Source: Candidatus Delongbacteria bacterium
GTDB taxonomy: Bacteria; CAIWAD01
Direction: 5' to 3'
Assembly: GCA_963663545.1 (NCBI GenBank)
Contig: OY760505.1
Span: forward strand, 2,080,001-2,144,000
DNA: 64,000 nt
The position numbers were made by a program, and so were the translations under genes. Shown here one piece after another: positions 50,916 through 61,900 of this stretch (its first letter is position 1; each line of letters opens with the position of its first letter). The notes under the pieces were generated by a model that did not search any database, had not been told where the DNA came from, and saw only the letters and a program-made list of their open reading frames with translations.

Positions 50916-50948
50916 AAGGGTCGCAGCCAGTCGCTTGCGGCCCTTTTT
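50916..50948 (+). terminator. Intrinsic terminator
   Basis: AAGGGTCGCA...TGCGGCCCTT-TTT. Confidence 0.7.
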
Positions 50949-51243
50949 GCATTTCGCCTCCGCCAAGCGCGGTTTTCCTCGCACCATGCTTAGCGCTTTG
51001 CTATCTATTTCAGGTCCGCGACGAACCGGAACTCGAAGCGGATACAGTCCGACGACCTGAAAGAGACAACAGCCTTTTGGCTATTTCGGCGTGCGCGATA
51101 AACGGGTTGCTTTTGGTCGCCAATTCGACTGGAGATTCTCCACGTTGAGTGTCTGAGGGAGCCTGCCGCGGCTTAAGCGGTGTCTCTGCTGCCCGTTTGC
51201 GTGCGCCTATGTGAATCTGACCGGCACACATCAGGAGGAAGCA

Positions 51244-53430
51244 ATGTTTGCACGATGGCTAGTTACGGCCATGCTTCTTGCTACAAGCGCATTGGCCCAG
51301 TGGCAGCAGGTTGAGGTCGTGCTCCGTGATCAAGACGATTTGCGTGATCTGGGAACAGCCCTGGGCGGCGTGGATGTCTGCGGGCTAGTACACACGGAGC
51401 GCGGTGTCAGTTTGCCCCTCAGTGCACGGCAAGTGGAATTGCTGCGTGATACAGGCTTCGATTTTGCGGTGCAGATTGCCGATCTGGAGGCGCTGTTTGC
51501 AGAGCGGCTATCCACGCGTGAGTACGGCGCGTATCACACGCCTGATGAAGCTTACGCTACAATTGACTCCCTGGAGGCCCTGCACCCAAATATCATCGGC
51601 CCGCGCGTATCCATCGGAACATCGCTTGAAGGGCGCGACATCTGGGCTATTCGTGTTTCTGACAACCCCACTCTGGACGAAGGTGAACCCGCAGCGCTGA
51701 TCAATTCCTACATCCATGCGCGCGAGGCGATTACGCTGGAAGTCGTGTTACATTTTCTAGAGTACTTGATTGACGGCTACGGAATCGATTCGCGTGTCAC
51801 ACGTCTGGTGGATGAACGGGAGATCTGGTTTGTACCGGTGGTCAATCCCGATGGCGTTGCGTACAACATTCAGACCAATCCCAATGGCGGCGGCATGTGG
51901 CGCAAGAATCGCCGAAACAACGGTGACGGCAACTTCGGCGTGGACCTCAATCGCAACTTCGGCTATGGCTGGGGATGGGATGACGAGGGCTCCAGTCCCT
52001 ACACATGGAGTACGACATATCGCGGTAGTGGTCCCTTCAGCGAACCGGAGACACAGGTCTATCGCGACTTCATCAACAGCCGTAACATCCGCGCTTCTCT
52101 CACGTATCACAGCTATAGCAACCTGGTGATCTATCCCTGGGATTACGTGGATGTACACACGCCGGATCACGCCACCTTTAATCGGGTGTCCGCGCTCATG
52201 ACCGAAGAAAATGGCTACTACTGTGGCACGGCCTACGACGCGGTGGGCTATCTGACCAATGGCGGAACCGAGGACTGGCTCTATGGTGACACACTGGAAC
52301 ACGACCCCGTTCTGTGCTTCACGGTTGAAGTGGGCAGTTACAGCGATAACTTCTGGCCATCCGAAAGCCGTATCGAACCGCTTTGCGAAGAGAACATGGA
52401 GCTGCTGATGCGCTTCCTTGAAGCCGGGCGCGATTTCTATGGCACATGGCCGCCAGCGACTCCTTGTATCACATCAGGTTTACCAGACAATCACCGTTAC
52501 ACCTTGTCTTGGGAAACCCCTGATCCCATGCCACAGAATGAGGCTGTGTCTTACGATCTGTGCCGGGTAAGTGGCTATCAAGACACCGGTGCCGATGCGA
52601 TGAACAACACGGATCGCTGGTCCGGTAGTTGGCGATTGAGTTCGGTGAGTAGTTACTCTGCGCCGACATGCCTGCACTCCTATCCGGAGGACCGCAACCA
52701 GGATAACGAGTGGATCATGCAACTGTCCGCCGATGTTGAAGTGGCGCTTGGACAGCTGGTGGAGTGCCAGATGAAGAGCTCCCTGACGCTGTATCACGAG
52801 TATCTCTATCTGGAAGTGAGTACCGATGGTTGCGAGTGGACGCCCGTTGATGGCGACCATACAACAGCTCTTGATCCCTACGGGATAAGCGATGGCCCAG
52901 CCATTACCGGCTATATGAACGATTGGACCCTGGTAAGCTGGTCACTGGCTGACTATGTCGGTGAGTGCGTGTACTTGCGTCTGCGTCAGACGGCGCCCGA
53001 GGGAACACCGTCCGAGGGCGTCTACATTGATGACTTTTCTCCTGCCCCTGTCTGGATGAATATCGAGGAAACATTGGCAGACATTGCCGACACATCTGCG
53101 CTTGTATCACAGTACGGCGAGGACACAGGATGGATGGTTCGTGCGCAGGATGCCGACGAGCAGACAAGTTGCTGGTCGGTTGTTGCACGGCCCGGTAACG
53201 ATCCCTGGATGCAGTCGCCCGCGATGAGCATCGAGTATCGGTCGGCATCATCAAGTTTCCTGATCAGTTGGGTGGCGGTTGCAACCGCTGTCGAATACAG
53301 GGTGGAGAAGGCGACCAGCATGCAGGGGCCCTGGGAGGAGCTGCTTGTGACCTCCGGGCTTAGCTGCAGTGAGCAACGTGATACAAGCCAACAGGGCTTC
53401 TATCGTGTTACAGCGATTGGCGTGGAATAG
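51244..53430 (+). CDS. Secreted M14 zinc carboxypeptidase (carboxypeptidase T-like) with accessory beta-domains
   Basis: HARE, WRKNR, GVDLNRNF, HSYS and catalytic TVE motifs. Signal peptide and AGGAGG RBS. Confidence 0.93.
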   Translation: MFARWLVTAMLLATSALAQWQQVEVVLRDQDDLRDLGTALGGVDVCGLVHTERGVSLPLSARQVELLRDTGFDFAVQIADLEALFAERLSTREYGAYHTPDEAYATIDSLEALHPNIIGPRVSIGTSLEGRDIWAIRVSDNPTLDEGEPAALINSYIHAREAITLEVVLHFLEYLIDGYGIDSRVTRLVDEREIWFVPVVNPDGVAYNIQTNPNGGGMWRKNRRNNGDGNFGVDLNRNFGYGWGWDDEGSSPYTWSTTYRGSGPFSEPETQVYRDFINSRNIRASLTYHSYSNLVIYPWDYVDVHTPDHATFNRVSALMTEENGYYCGTAYDAVGYLTNGGTEDWLYGDTLEHDPVLCFTVEVGSYSDNFWPSESRIEPLCEENMELLMRFLEAGRDFYGTWPPATPCITSGLPDNHRYTLSWETPDPMPQNEAVSYDLCRVSGYQDTGADAMNNTDRWSGSWRLSSVSSYSAPTCLHSYPEDRNQDNEWIMQLSADVEVALGQLVECQMKSSLTLYHEYLYLEVSTDGCEWTPVDGDHTTALDPYGISDGPAITGYMNDWTLVSWSLADYVGECVYLRLRQTAPEGTPSEGVYIDDFSPAPVWMNIEETLADIADTSALVSQYGEDTGWMVRAQDADEQTSCWSVVARPGNDPWMQSPAMSIEYRSASSSFLISWVAVATAVEYRVEKATSMQGPWEELLVTSGLSCSEQRDTSQQGFYRVTAIGVE

Positions 53431-53459
53431 TCTGAATCGCTACTGATTGAAGCTGTGTG

Positions 53460-53948
53460 TTACACGAGGTCTTCTTCATCAATGAAGTGGACCTCGTGTT
53501 TAGTGTAGACGCCATGCTCGTAGTCGAAGCGTGCCATGAAACGTCGTCCAGCCATCACCCAGGGCAGGAAGTGGCGATCGCCTTCCCAGAGAGGCAAGGA
53601 TAGGAGCTGAGGCTCTGGCACCCATTCCAGAGTTCCCTCCTTCACCTGGGCAAGCAGCTTGCCTTCCGCTTCGTAGCCGCAGAAGAGGAACACCGACCAG
53701 TCGTGCCGACCATCGAAGAGTGGGAAGAGGATGTGTCCGGCAAAACGTAGGCGTCGCGGACGCAGGCCAGATTCCTCATGAATTTCACGCAGCGCGCATT
53801 CCCGTGGACTTTCGCCCGTTTCGCATTTGCCACCCAAACCGTTGTAACGGCCAAAGTGCAGATCGTCGGGCCGCGTATTTCGATGCAACATCAGCACCTC
53901 GTTTTCGTGACGTAAATAGCAGAGGGTTGCTTCTATACAGGCGGCCAT
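53460..53948 (-). CDS. Nudix hydrolase, 8-oxo-dGTP diphosphatase-like
   Basis: Nudix box GGK.E.GESP.ECA.REI.EESGL and the LPLWEGD motif. Confidence 0.9.
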   Translation of the reverse strand: MAACIEATLCYLRHENEVLMLHRNTRPDDLHFGRYNGLGGKCETGESPRECALREIHEESGLRPRRLRFAGHILFPLFDGRHDWSVFLFCGYEAEGKLLAQVKEGTLEWVPEPQLLSLPLWEGDRHFLPWVMAGRRFMARFDYEHGVYTKHEVHFIDEEDLV

Positions 53949-54078
53949 GGTTCTCTCCGAGCTTCGGTTTCCGTGGAACACACATGTAATGAATTTCCGC
54001 AATATGCGCTGGCTTGAATTCTTTTCAATTTGGGCTTGCCAAAGCTAAGACTGAATGTTTCAAAGCTGAATAAATCTC

Positions 54079-54107
54079 TTGCTAGCCGAAGATCTCATTT
54101 CTAATAT
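54079..54107 (+). promoter_or_regulatory. Candidate sigma70 promoter for the C25 gene pair
   Basis: TTGCTA-N17-TAATAT in an AT-rich intergenic region. Confidence 0.4.
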
Positions 54108-54299
54108 CCTTCTAGCCCGACCCATTCAGGAAGAACATTTCCCCCCCCTCTGGCTTCACGCATTCTGCTTGAAGGCGGACTTGTGCAACGGTCGGTGTAC
54201 AGTAGAGTGATTAGAAGAGTGTGTGCTGGGACAAAACTGACTCAGCTTCTGTGCAAGAAATCTTGTGCTGGAGCGAGGTGCACGTATAAGGAGAGAATC

Positions 54300-57200
54300 A
54301 TGGCGATGTCGCGAAGAGTATTTGGCACTCTGCTTTGCGGATTGTTGGCAACGCAGCTGTATGCTGCGCAGACCTTCCGCGCAAATGCAGACGCAGCAGG
54401 CTACACACTGGATTGGCAGCCCGGGCCTGCGAACCTTGTGTCACAGCACGATAGTCATGGCGATTGGTTGCAGGTCAGCTTTGATGATGCGGGCTATTTT
54501 GGCGCTCCCGGAGCTCCGGATCTGCCTTTGCTGAGTCGCATGATCGAACTGCCCGATGAGTCCGGCGTGAGCGTGGAATTGCTTGAGGCCGAATGGGAGA
54601 CGGTGAGCGGCGTTGTGGCACCCAACCAGGAACGAATGCTTGAGCCTGATGATTTCCCCGCCCCCTATCTCTTGGACGAGGACATCTACAGCAGCGACAC
54701 CTGGTATCCTGGCTCGGTGCTGAGCGTGAGTAAGCCAATGCTGGCGCGCAACCTGCGTCTGGCCAAAGTGGATCTTGTGCCTGTGCGCACGAATCCCGTA
54801 AGCGGTGAGACTCAGGTGTTGCGCAGTGCCCAGGTTCGCGTGAATTTTTCCGGCACAGACTTGCGCAATGCTCGCAGCTACGAGCTGCCAGCCAAGGATC
54901 AGCTCTATCGTCGTGTCATGGCGGACAAGCTCGTGCAACTCCCGGAGCACGAGGCGGATCGCGGCATTTTCGATGTGCCAGAAGCCCCTGGCCGCTACCT
55001 GATTTTCGCGCGTACTACAACTGTGAGTAACGATGCCTATTTCGTCAACTGGGTCAACTGGAAGCGCGAAAAAGGACACGACGTTGAGGTGATCACCGAA
55101 TCCGATCTCGGTGCTTGGACTTCCGACGCCATCAAGGGCGAAATCGAAAACCAGTACTTCAGTGATACACCGCCACTCTATGTGACGCTGGTGGGTGACC
55201 CAAACGCAAGCGCTGATTACTATCTGCCCTACAGCAGCAGCCAGTACGATCACATTTATGGCATGATCGATGGTGACGATCTGATTGCCGACGTCGCCGT
55301 AGGTCGCCTTTCCGTAGAGAACGCGAATCAGCTGCGAACGGTCATGTACAAGTTCATGATGTACGAGACCACGCCGACCGCTCACAGTAGTGGTTGGTTA
55401 GGCAAGGCGGCTATGATGACCGGCTACGCCGGCCTTTCCATGATTCAGCAGTCGCGCAGTCTGTGCAACGACATGATTGCCAATGGTATCACAGAGATCG
55501 ACACAGTCTGGCATCCAAATGGAAGTGCGGCCTGGGTGGAGAACTGTTTCAATGAAGGCATTTGCCTTTATAACTATCGCGGCTACATCAACATGAACGG
55601 GCTGAACGAGAGCTATTTCAACGATACCTCCGTGTTCCAGAATTCAGCCCGTACACCGGTTGCGGCCATCTTCACTTGTGATACGGGAACATTCGGTCAG
55701 TCCGATGGTCCTTGCGAGACGGAACTCTTTTTGCGCTGGGGTGACATCGACAATCCTCGCGGCGCTGTTGCCGCTCTCGGGTTCGCTACTTCCGGCACAG
55801 CTACACGCTACAACAATGTTGTCGTGGCCGGTTTCTGGGGCGCCTTTCTGGATCACGGCTTGGCCCAGATCGGCCCGGCGCTGGCGTTTGGCAAGTATGA
55901 GTTGGTGACCAACCTGCCGGTCGGTGCGACGGAATCAGCGAGCTTCAGCTACTGGGGCAACCTCATGGGTGACCCAGGCATGGATATGTGGTGTGGTGTT
56001 CCGGCTGCTCTCAGTGTGTCACACAACTTCAGCGGCAACATTCCTTTGGGTGCAACGGGTATTGATGCCTATGTGAGCAGTATAGGAACGGCAGTTTCCG
56101 GAGCTGCAGTTTGTGCTTATCAAGGCGGCGTGATACAATCAGTTGGTATCACAGATGCCAGTGGTCATGTCATACTTGACCTGAGTGGAATTCAGGCCGG
56201 GGCGCTCCAGCTGACGGCGACTAAGGTTGACTATCTGCCTTCGCGTAATACACTGACCGTCAGTCAGTTCACGCGGTATCCCAGTGTGGTGGACGCCGGC
56301 ATCAATGGTGACGGTATTGCGAATCCGGCCGAAAGCGTGGTGCTGAATCCCGTCGTGGCCAATACAGGGTCCAGCTCGATCAGCTTCCTCACCGCCACTG
56401 TGAGCCTTGATGCGGAGTACGGCACTATCAGTGATGCAACGCTGAGCTGGCCAGCCATCGCCAGTGGATCACAGGCTGCTGCTACAGGCAGTTGTTCACT
56501 GACATTGGCATCTGACTTGCCCGATGGAACCATGGTCCCCGCGTCCATCGTCTTCAACACGGGTTCCGAGAACTATACCGACCTGTTGTGGATCGAAGTC
56601 AGTGCGCCGCGTCCCGTGATCAGCGACATCACCTTCAACGAGATCGCCTCTTTCGCCCTGCCCGGGCAGACGGCGACAATGGAGTTGCAGCTCGCAAATC
56701 TTGGCAGCTACGCGGCCTCAGGTTTGCAGTTCACACTTGGTGATGGCGGCTTTTCCTTTATCACGATGATCGATGGCAGTTTCAGCGGCTACAATGCAGC
56801 TCCCGGAGAAAGTGCAGAAGCCGTCTTTGAGCTGACAATTGACAACACAGCCACTCGTGGTTTGCCTGTATCACTTCCATTGACCTGGAGTTCGCCCTCT
56901 GGAATCACCGGCTCGATGAGCGTGGATTTTGTGGTGGGCTATGGTGTTGAGTCGGGTCCGACGGGTCCGGACGCCTACGGGTACATCGCCATTGAAAGCA
57001 CCGACAGCTACACGCTGGCACCCACTTACAGTTGGGTCGAAGTCGCCTCACCGGCAGGCGGCAGCGGTACTGCGCTGGGTTTGACTGACTACGGAGGAAA
57101 TCAGGATGACGCAGCAACTGTGGCCATCCCCATTCACTTTGTGTATTACGGCAAGACCTATAGCGAGCTCGCTGTGTGTTCCAATGGCTTCCTCGGCATG

Positions 57201-58904
57201 GAAGAGGGCGCTGTCGATCAGACCGACTTCCGCAATCACTTTCTGCCCAGTGCTACAGGTCCTGACGGCATGATTGCCGTCATGTGGGATGACCTGATGC
57301 AAACGGGCAATGCGGATGTATACACGTACTACGACGTGGCCAATCATCGCTTCATCATTGAGTGGTACGATTTCGTGCTGAACGCGGGTGGCGACAACAC
57401 CTTCCAGATCATTTTGTTTGACGTGGACTACTACAGCACTCCTACCGGTGATAGCCCCATTCTTACTCAGTATCAGGTCTGGAACAACGATCAGTCGAAT
57501 ATCTATGACTTCCCGTATTGCTCGGTGGGTATCGAAGATGAATCCGCCTCTATGGGCTTGACATTGACCAACTACAATGTTGACGCTGCCACTATCAGTG
57601 GTTTTACTTCCGGCAAGGCCGTGTATTACACAACGGCCCGCGGGGAGTCACTCAGTAGTGAATCTGATCCCCCGGTAATTGAAACAGAACCCGTTACTGG
57701 CGCACGCTTCGACGAGCCCGTGACAATTGAGGCCGAGGTCTACGATGCAAGTTGTGTTGCTTGGGTTAAGCTGTTCTGGCGCGCCGATGGATCCGCATAC
57801 AACGAGTGCGAAATGGCGTACCAGGGCGGTGATACATGGAAGTATGAGATTGCTGAGTTGGCAGCGGGAACGGTAGTTGACTATTACCTGCAGGCGCAGG
57901 ACCTCGCCACGGTTCCGAATCAAGCCAGCACGGAGGTGCGCCAGTACACGGTTCTGGCGGGTGATCCGCCGACGGGTCCGGACACGTACGGCTACTACAT
58001 TTTCGATAGTGAAGACGCGGGCGAAGGCCACGAGTTTGATTGGGTCAGTGTACCGGCAGGCGCTCTCAGTTTGACCCTGGCTGACGATGCTACTTCCACC
58101 ATTTCTCTGCCCTTCGACGTGATCTTCTACGGGCAGAGTTACTCCACGGTCTCTGTGTGTTCCAACGGTTTCCTGGCCATGGGTAGTAGCTCTACTACGA
58201 CCTATTCTAACGGCACGCTTCCGGCGGGAAGTGTTGGCGAGATGATTGCCCCCTTCTGGGATGACCTCAATCCCAGCTCGGCAGGAAGCATTGACTATTG
58301 GTACGACAGTGACAGCCACCGCTTCTTCGTGTGTTACACAGACGTGCCCCACTTTGGATCAACCATTATTACAGAGACTTTCCAGCTTGCCTTCTGTGAC
58401 GAGGCCTACTATGCAACCATTACCGGTGATACACCGATTCTGATTCAGTATCACACGGTTTCTGATGCTACCAGCTGCACCGTAGGTATTGCCAACGATA
58501 CTGCAGATGGCATTCAGTACCTCTATGGAACCGGGAGCAGCCCAGAGTATGCAGCGGATGCTGCCACAATTGTGAGTGGCCAGGTTTTGTGGATCACGAC
58601 TGGCGAGATGGTTCTGGCACCTGTTGAGGTCACTGATTTGATGATTCAGCACACAAATGGACAGTTTGTTCTAAGCTGGACTTCGACGGGTGCAGGCTTG
58701 TACCGTGTTTATCGCGCAGATAGCCCCTATGGCAACTACTCCACTTTGATTGGCACGACGACTGATTCGAATTACAGTCTGGGTGCAGTAGCAGGGCGTG
58801 CCTTCTATCAGGTCTGTGCTGTAAACGGTGAATCCTTGCTCGCTGTCCCGCGAGATTGGCGGCAGGTAACCGCCACCTATTCCACCGACAAAACAGAAGA
58901 GTAA
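54300..58904 (+). CDS. Giant C25 (gingipain-like) protein 1: propeptide, C25 domain, Ig-like domains, duplicated GPD.YGY module
   Basis: G.P.LP propeptide, WKREKG, LVGD, VGRLS, NYRG...TC.TG and NLMGDP motifs. Confidence 0.9.
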   Translation: MAMSRRVFGTLLCGLLATQLYAAQTFRANADAAGYTLDWQPGPANLVSQHDSHGDWLQVSFDDAGYFGAPGAPDLPLLSRMIELPDESGVSVELLEAEWETVSGVVAPNQERMLEPDDFPAPYLLDEDIYSSDTWYPGSVLSVSKPMLARNLRLAKVDLVPVRTNPVSGETQVLRSAQVRVNFSGTDLRNARSYELPAKDQLYRRVMADKLVQLPEHEADRGIFDVPEAPGRYLIFARTTTVSNDAYFVNWVNWKREKGHDVEVITESDLGAWTSDAIKGEIENQYFSDTPPLYVTLVGDPNASADYYLPYSSSQYDHIYGMIDGDDLIADVAVGRLSVENANQLRTVMYKFMMYETTPTAHSSGWLGKAAMMTGYAGLSMIQQSRSLCNDMIANGITEIDTVWHPNGSAAWVENCFNEGICLYNYRGYINMNGLNESYFNDTSVFQNSARTPVAAIFTCDTGTFGQSDGPCETELFLRWGDIDNPRGAVAALGFATSGTATRYNNVVVAGFWGAFLDHGLAQIGPALAFGKYELVTNLPVGATESASFSYWGNLMGDPGMDMWCGVPAALSVSHNFSGNIPLGATGIDAYVSSIGTAVSGAAVCAYQGGVIQSVGITDASGHVILDLSGIQAGALQLTATKVDYLPSRNTLTVSQFTRYPSVVDAGINGDGIANPAESVVLNPVVANTGSSSISFLTATVSLDAEYGTISDATLSWPAIASGSQAAATGSCSLTLASDLPDGTMVPASIVFNTGSENYTDLLWIEVSAPRPVISDITFNEIASFALPGQTATMELQLANLGSYAASGLQFTLGDGGFSFITMIDGSFSGYNAAPGESAEAVFELTIDNTATRGLPVSLPLTWSSPSGITGSMSVDFVVGYGVESGPTGPDAYGYIAIESTDSYTLAPTYSWVEVASPAGGSGTALGLTDYGGNQDDAATVAIPIHFVYYGKTYSELAVCSNGFLGMEEGAVDQTDFRNHFLPSATGPDGMIAVMWDDLMQTGNADVYTYYDVANHRFIIEWYDFVLNAGGDNTFQIILFDVDYYSTPTGDSPILTQYQVWNNDQSNIYDFPYCSVGIEDESASMGLTLTNYNVDAATISGFTSGKAVYYTTARGESLSSESDPPVIETEPVTGARFDEPVTIEAEVYDASCVAWVKLFWRADGSAYNECEMAYQGGDTWKYEIAELAAGTVVDYYLQAQDLATVPNQASTEVRQYTVLAGDPPTGPDTYGYYIFDSEDAGEGHEFDWVSVPAGALSLTLADDATSTISLPFDVIFYGQSYSTVSVCSNGFLAMGSSSTTTYSNGTLPAGSVGEMIAPFWDDLNPSSAGSIDYWYDSDSHRFFVCYTDVPHFGSTIITETFQLAFCDEAYYATITGDTPILIQYHTVSDATSCTVGIANDTADGIQYLYGTGSSPEYAADAATIVSGQVLWITTGEMVLAPVEVTDLMIQHTNGQFVLSWTSTGAGLYRVYRADSPYGNYSTLIGTTTDSNYSLGAVAGRAFYQVCAVNGESLLAVPRDWRQVTATYSTDKTEE

Positions 58905-58913
58905 GGGGCGCAA

Positions 58914-61900
58914 ATGAAGACAATGCTATCAACCCTACTGCTGGCAGGCCTGATGGGCCTGCCGGCAATGGCCGCAGTATCAGGCCGAGCCAATGCTGCC
59001 TGTGAGAGTGTAAATGGGGATATCGTGTTTGAATTTCCGGTAGCGGAACTCGGGCGTGTCACCATGCAGGACCAGGATTGGACAACCATCTCGATGGAGG
59101 GATGTAACACAAGCACCGTTCCAGGCGAGCCCGAAGTGCCGCTGATCGGGCGCTTTGTGCAGATTCCGGACCAGAGCGATGTCCGCTTTGTTCTGGTGGA
59201 GGCGGAGTACGAAGATTTCGATCTGAACGCACCACTACTTCCGCAGCTTGAACGAGTTCACTCAGAGGCCGAACTACCGCTGCCCTTCCTTTTCAACGAG
59301 GCGGCGTATCACAGCTCGCAGTATCCGGCAGAAGTGTGGGAATGCGATGATCCGGTTCTGTTGCGAAACAACCGACTGGTGAAACTCGTGGTACATCCGG
59401 CACAAATCCGGGAAGAGGGCGCGACCTTGCGCATTTACAGTCGACTTGTGTTACGGCCTGTATTTGAGGGCGTGAACCCGATTAATCAGCGCACACGTCG
59501 GATTCAATCCTCGGGAACGAGTCTTGTCCGTGCTGTTGAACAGCAGATTGTAAATCGGGATGTATCACATGACGGTGCAATGCGCGATCTCTTCGATGCG
59601 CGCGTGCTACCAGGCAATTACTTGTTCATCGCGTACGATGAGACCATTACTGGCGATGCCGTATTCAACACTTTTGTTGACTGGAAGCGCAGTAAGGGAC
59701 ATCATGTCGATATCGCCACGAGCAGCGAAATCGGTTCGATGACGAACAGCAGCATCAAGTCCTACATCCAGAACGCGTACTTCAACTGGGAGTATACGCC
59801 CGAGTTCGTCGTGCTCTTTGGTGATGCAGAATCCTATGCCAGCGAGTTCTCCATTCCGGCAGGCCCGGGCGGCTCTTACGATGGACAACAGGATCACTAC
59901 TACGCCTGCGTCGACGGAACGGACGCCTTGGCAGACATTGTTGTGGGGCGTATCTCGATCGAGAATATCAATCAGATGCGAACCGTTCTGCGCAAGACCA
60001 TGTATTACGAACAGACGCCCACTGGAAACGGCATCGGTGATGCATGGATGTCTCACGCGGCCCTTTCCGTTGGTTATGATGCTTTCTCCATGATTCAGCA
60101 GTCGCGCAGTATTGCCATTGATCTGGTCGAGCATGGATACGATGTCATCGACACGACTTGGAGTAGCTCACTCGAGTGGGTGAACGCGCGTTTTAACGAA
60201 GGCATCAGCATCTACAATTACCGCGGCTGGGTTGGCATGAACGGCGTGGATGCTAGCTCTGTCGACAATGACTCCTATTTCAACAACAGCTACCGCACCC
60301 CTGTGACAGTCATTTTCACGTGTGGTACGGGAAACTTCAACCAGAGCTATTCCACAACCGAAGCCTTCTTGCGAAAGGGCGATGTCGTTGATTTCAAGGG
60401 CGGTGTCTGTGCCATGGGCTTCTGCACAAGTGATACACATACTGCCTACAACAATGCGGTGGTGGGAGGCTTCTTCTACGGCGCGCTGGATTTCAATATT
60501 CCCCAGGTTGGCACTGACATGTTCATGGGCAAGTATCACCTCTATCTGGCACTTGCTCCGGGTGACTCAAACGCTGAAGTGTTTGCGAACCGGGCGAATC
60601 TAATGGGTGATCCGGGAATGGATATCTGGCTTGGGCGTCCGGATGTGCTAAGCGTTGACTGCGCCAGCGGCATCTCACTGGGTAGTGAGTACTTCGATGT
60701 TGGTGTTGAAGCACAAGGTGGCGCGCTGGCAGATGCTGTTGTCTGTCTCTACGATGCCGATACAGGCTTTCAAGTCCGCTGTATCACAGATGCAAGTGGT
60801 CGTGCTGTACTCCCGCTCGACGGTCTGAGTGCTGGCGATGTGACACTTACAGTTTCCAAACCGCAATTCCTGGTTGTTCAGCAGGAGCTGAGTGTGACAC
60901 AGGCACAATCCGCCGTGGCTGTTACGGCTTCCGGCATCCAGGGAGATGGAATTGCTCTTCCGGGAGAGACTGTCGCACTTCGTCCGGTTCTGGAGAACAT
61001 TGGGAGCCTTTCCACTTTAACCAGTGTTTCCGGTGCCATTACAGTAGATCCGGCCTGGGGTGTGGCCACCACATCAACAGCAAACTGGGCGAATCTCGTT
61101 CCTGGTGCTTCCGCTGCATCTTCAACTTCATTTGTGATACAACTGACCGATGAGCTGTTTTCAGGACAGGAGTTGATGATCCCGCTGCATATCACAAGCG
61201 CTCAAGGTTCCTTCGATACAATCATTCCCGTGTGTGTTACAGCGCCCGTGATGCTTTTAACGGATATCGAGTTCGTTCCAGGTGGTGGTGCCATGCTCTC
61301 CGGTGTGGCCTGTCAAGCGGATCTGACCCTTGCCAACACGGGAGACTACGACGCCAGCGGTTTGAGCTTTACGCTGGTGGATGCCGACTATTTCGTAGAT
61401 GTTCTGCAGGGAACGTCTTCATTGTCCGAGTTGGCTGTGGGGGCCAGCGGCAGTGTTTCCTTCGAGCTCTTTGCCGAAGAAGCCTACGCGGGTTACACTG
61501 CAGAGATGCAGCTCAACTGGTCCACATCGGAGGGCATCTGCGGGAGCCTGCCCGTGCAGTTTACTCTTGGCTATGAGAGTAGCGAGTCACCAACGGGCCC
61601 AGACCGGTATGGCTACCGCATTTATGAAGACACGGACGCAAATACCGAATCGCCACACTACGACTGGATTGAGATTGCACCGTCGGCTGGCGGTAGTGGT
61701 ACACTTGTTCCGTTGACGGATAACGGCGACGAGCAGGATGACGCCGTGTTGATGAATCTGCCCTTTGATTTTGTCTTCTACGGCGAGAGTTTTGATCAGG
61801 TGGGAATTTGCTCCAATGGCTTTATCGCATTCGGCCCACTGGCGCACATGGAGACGGATTTCCGCAATCACAATTTGCCCTGCGGTATGGGGCCTGACTA

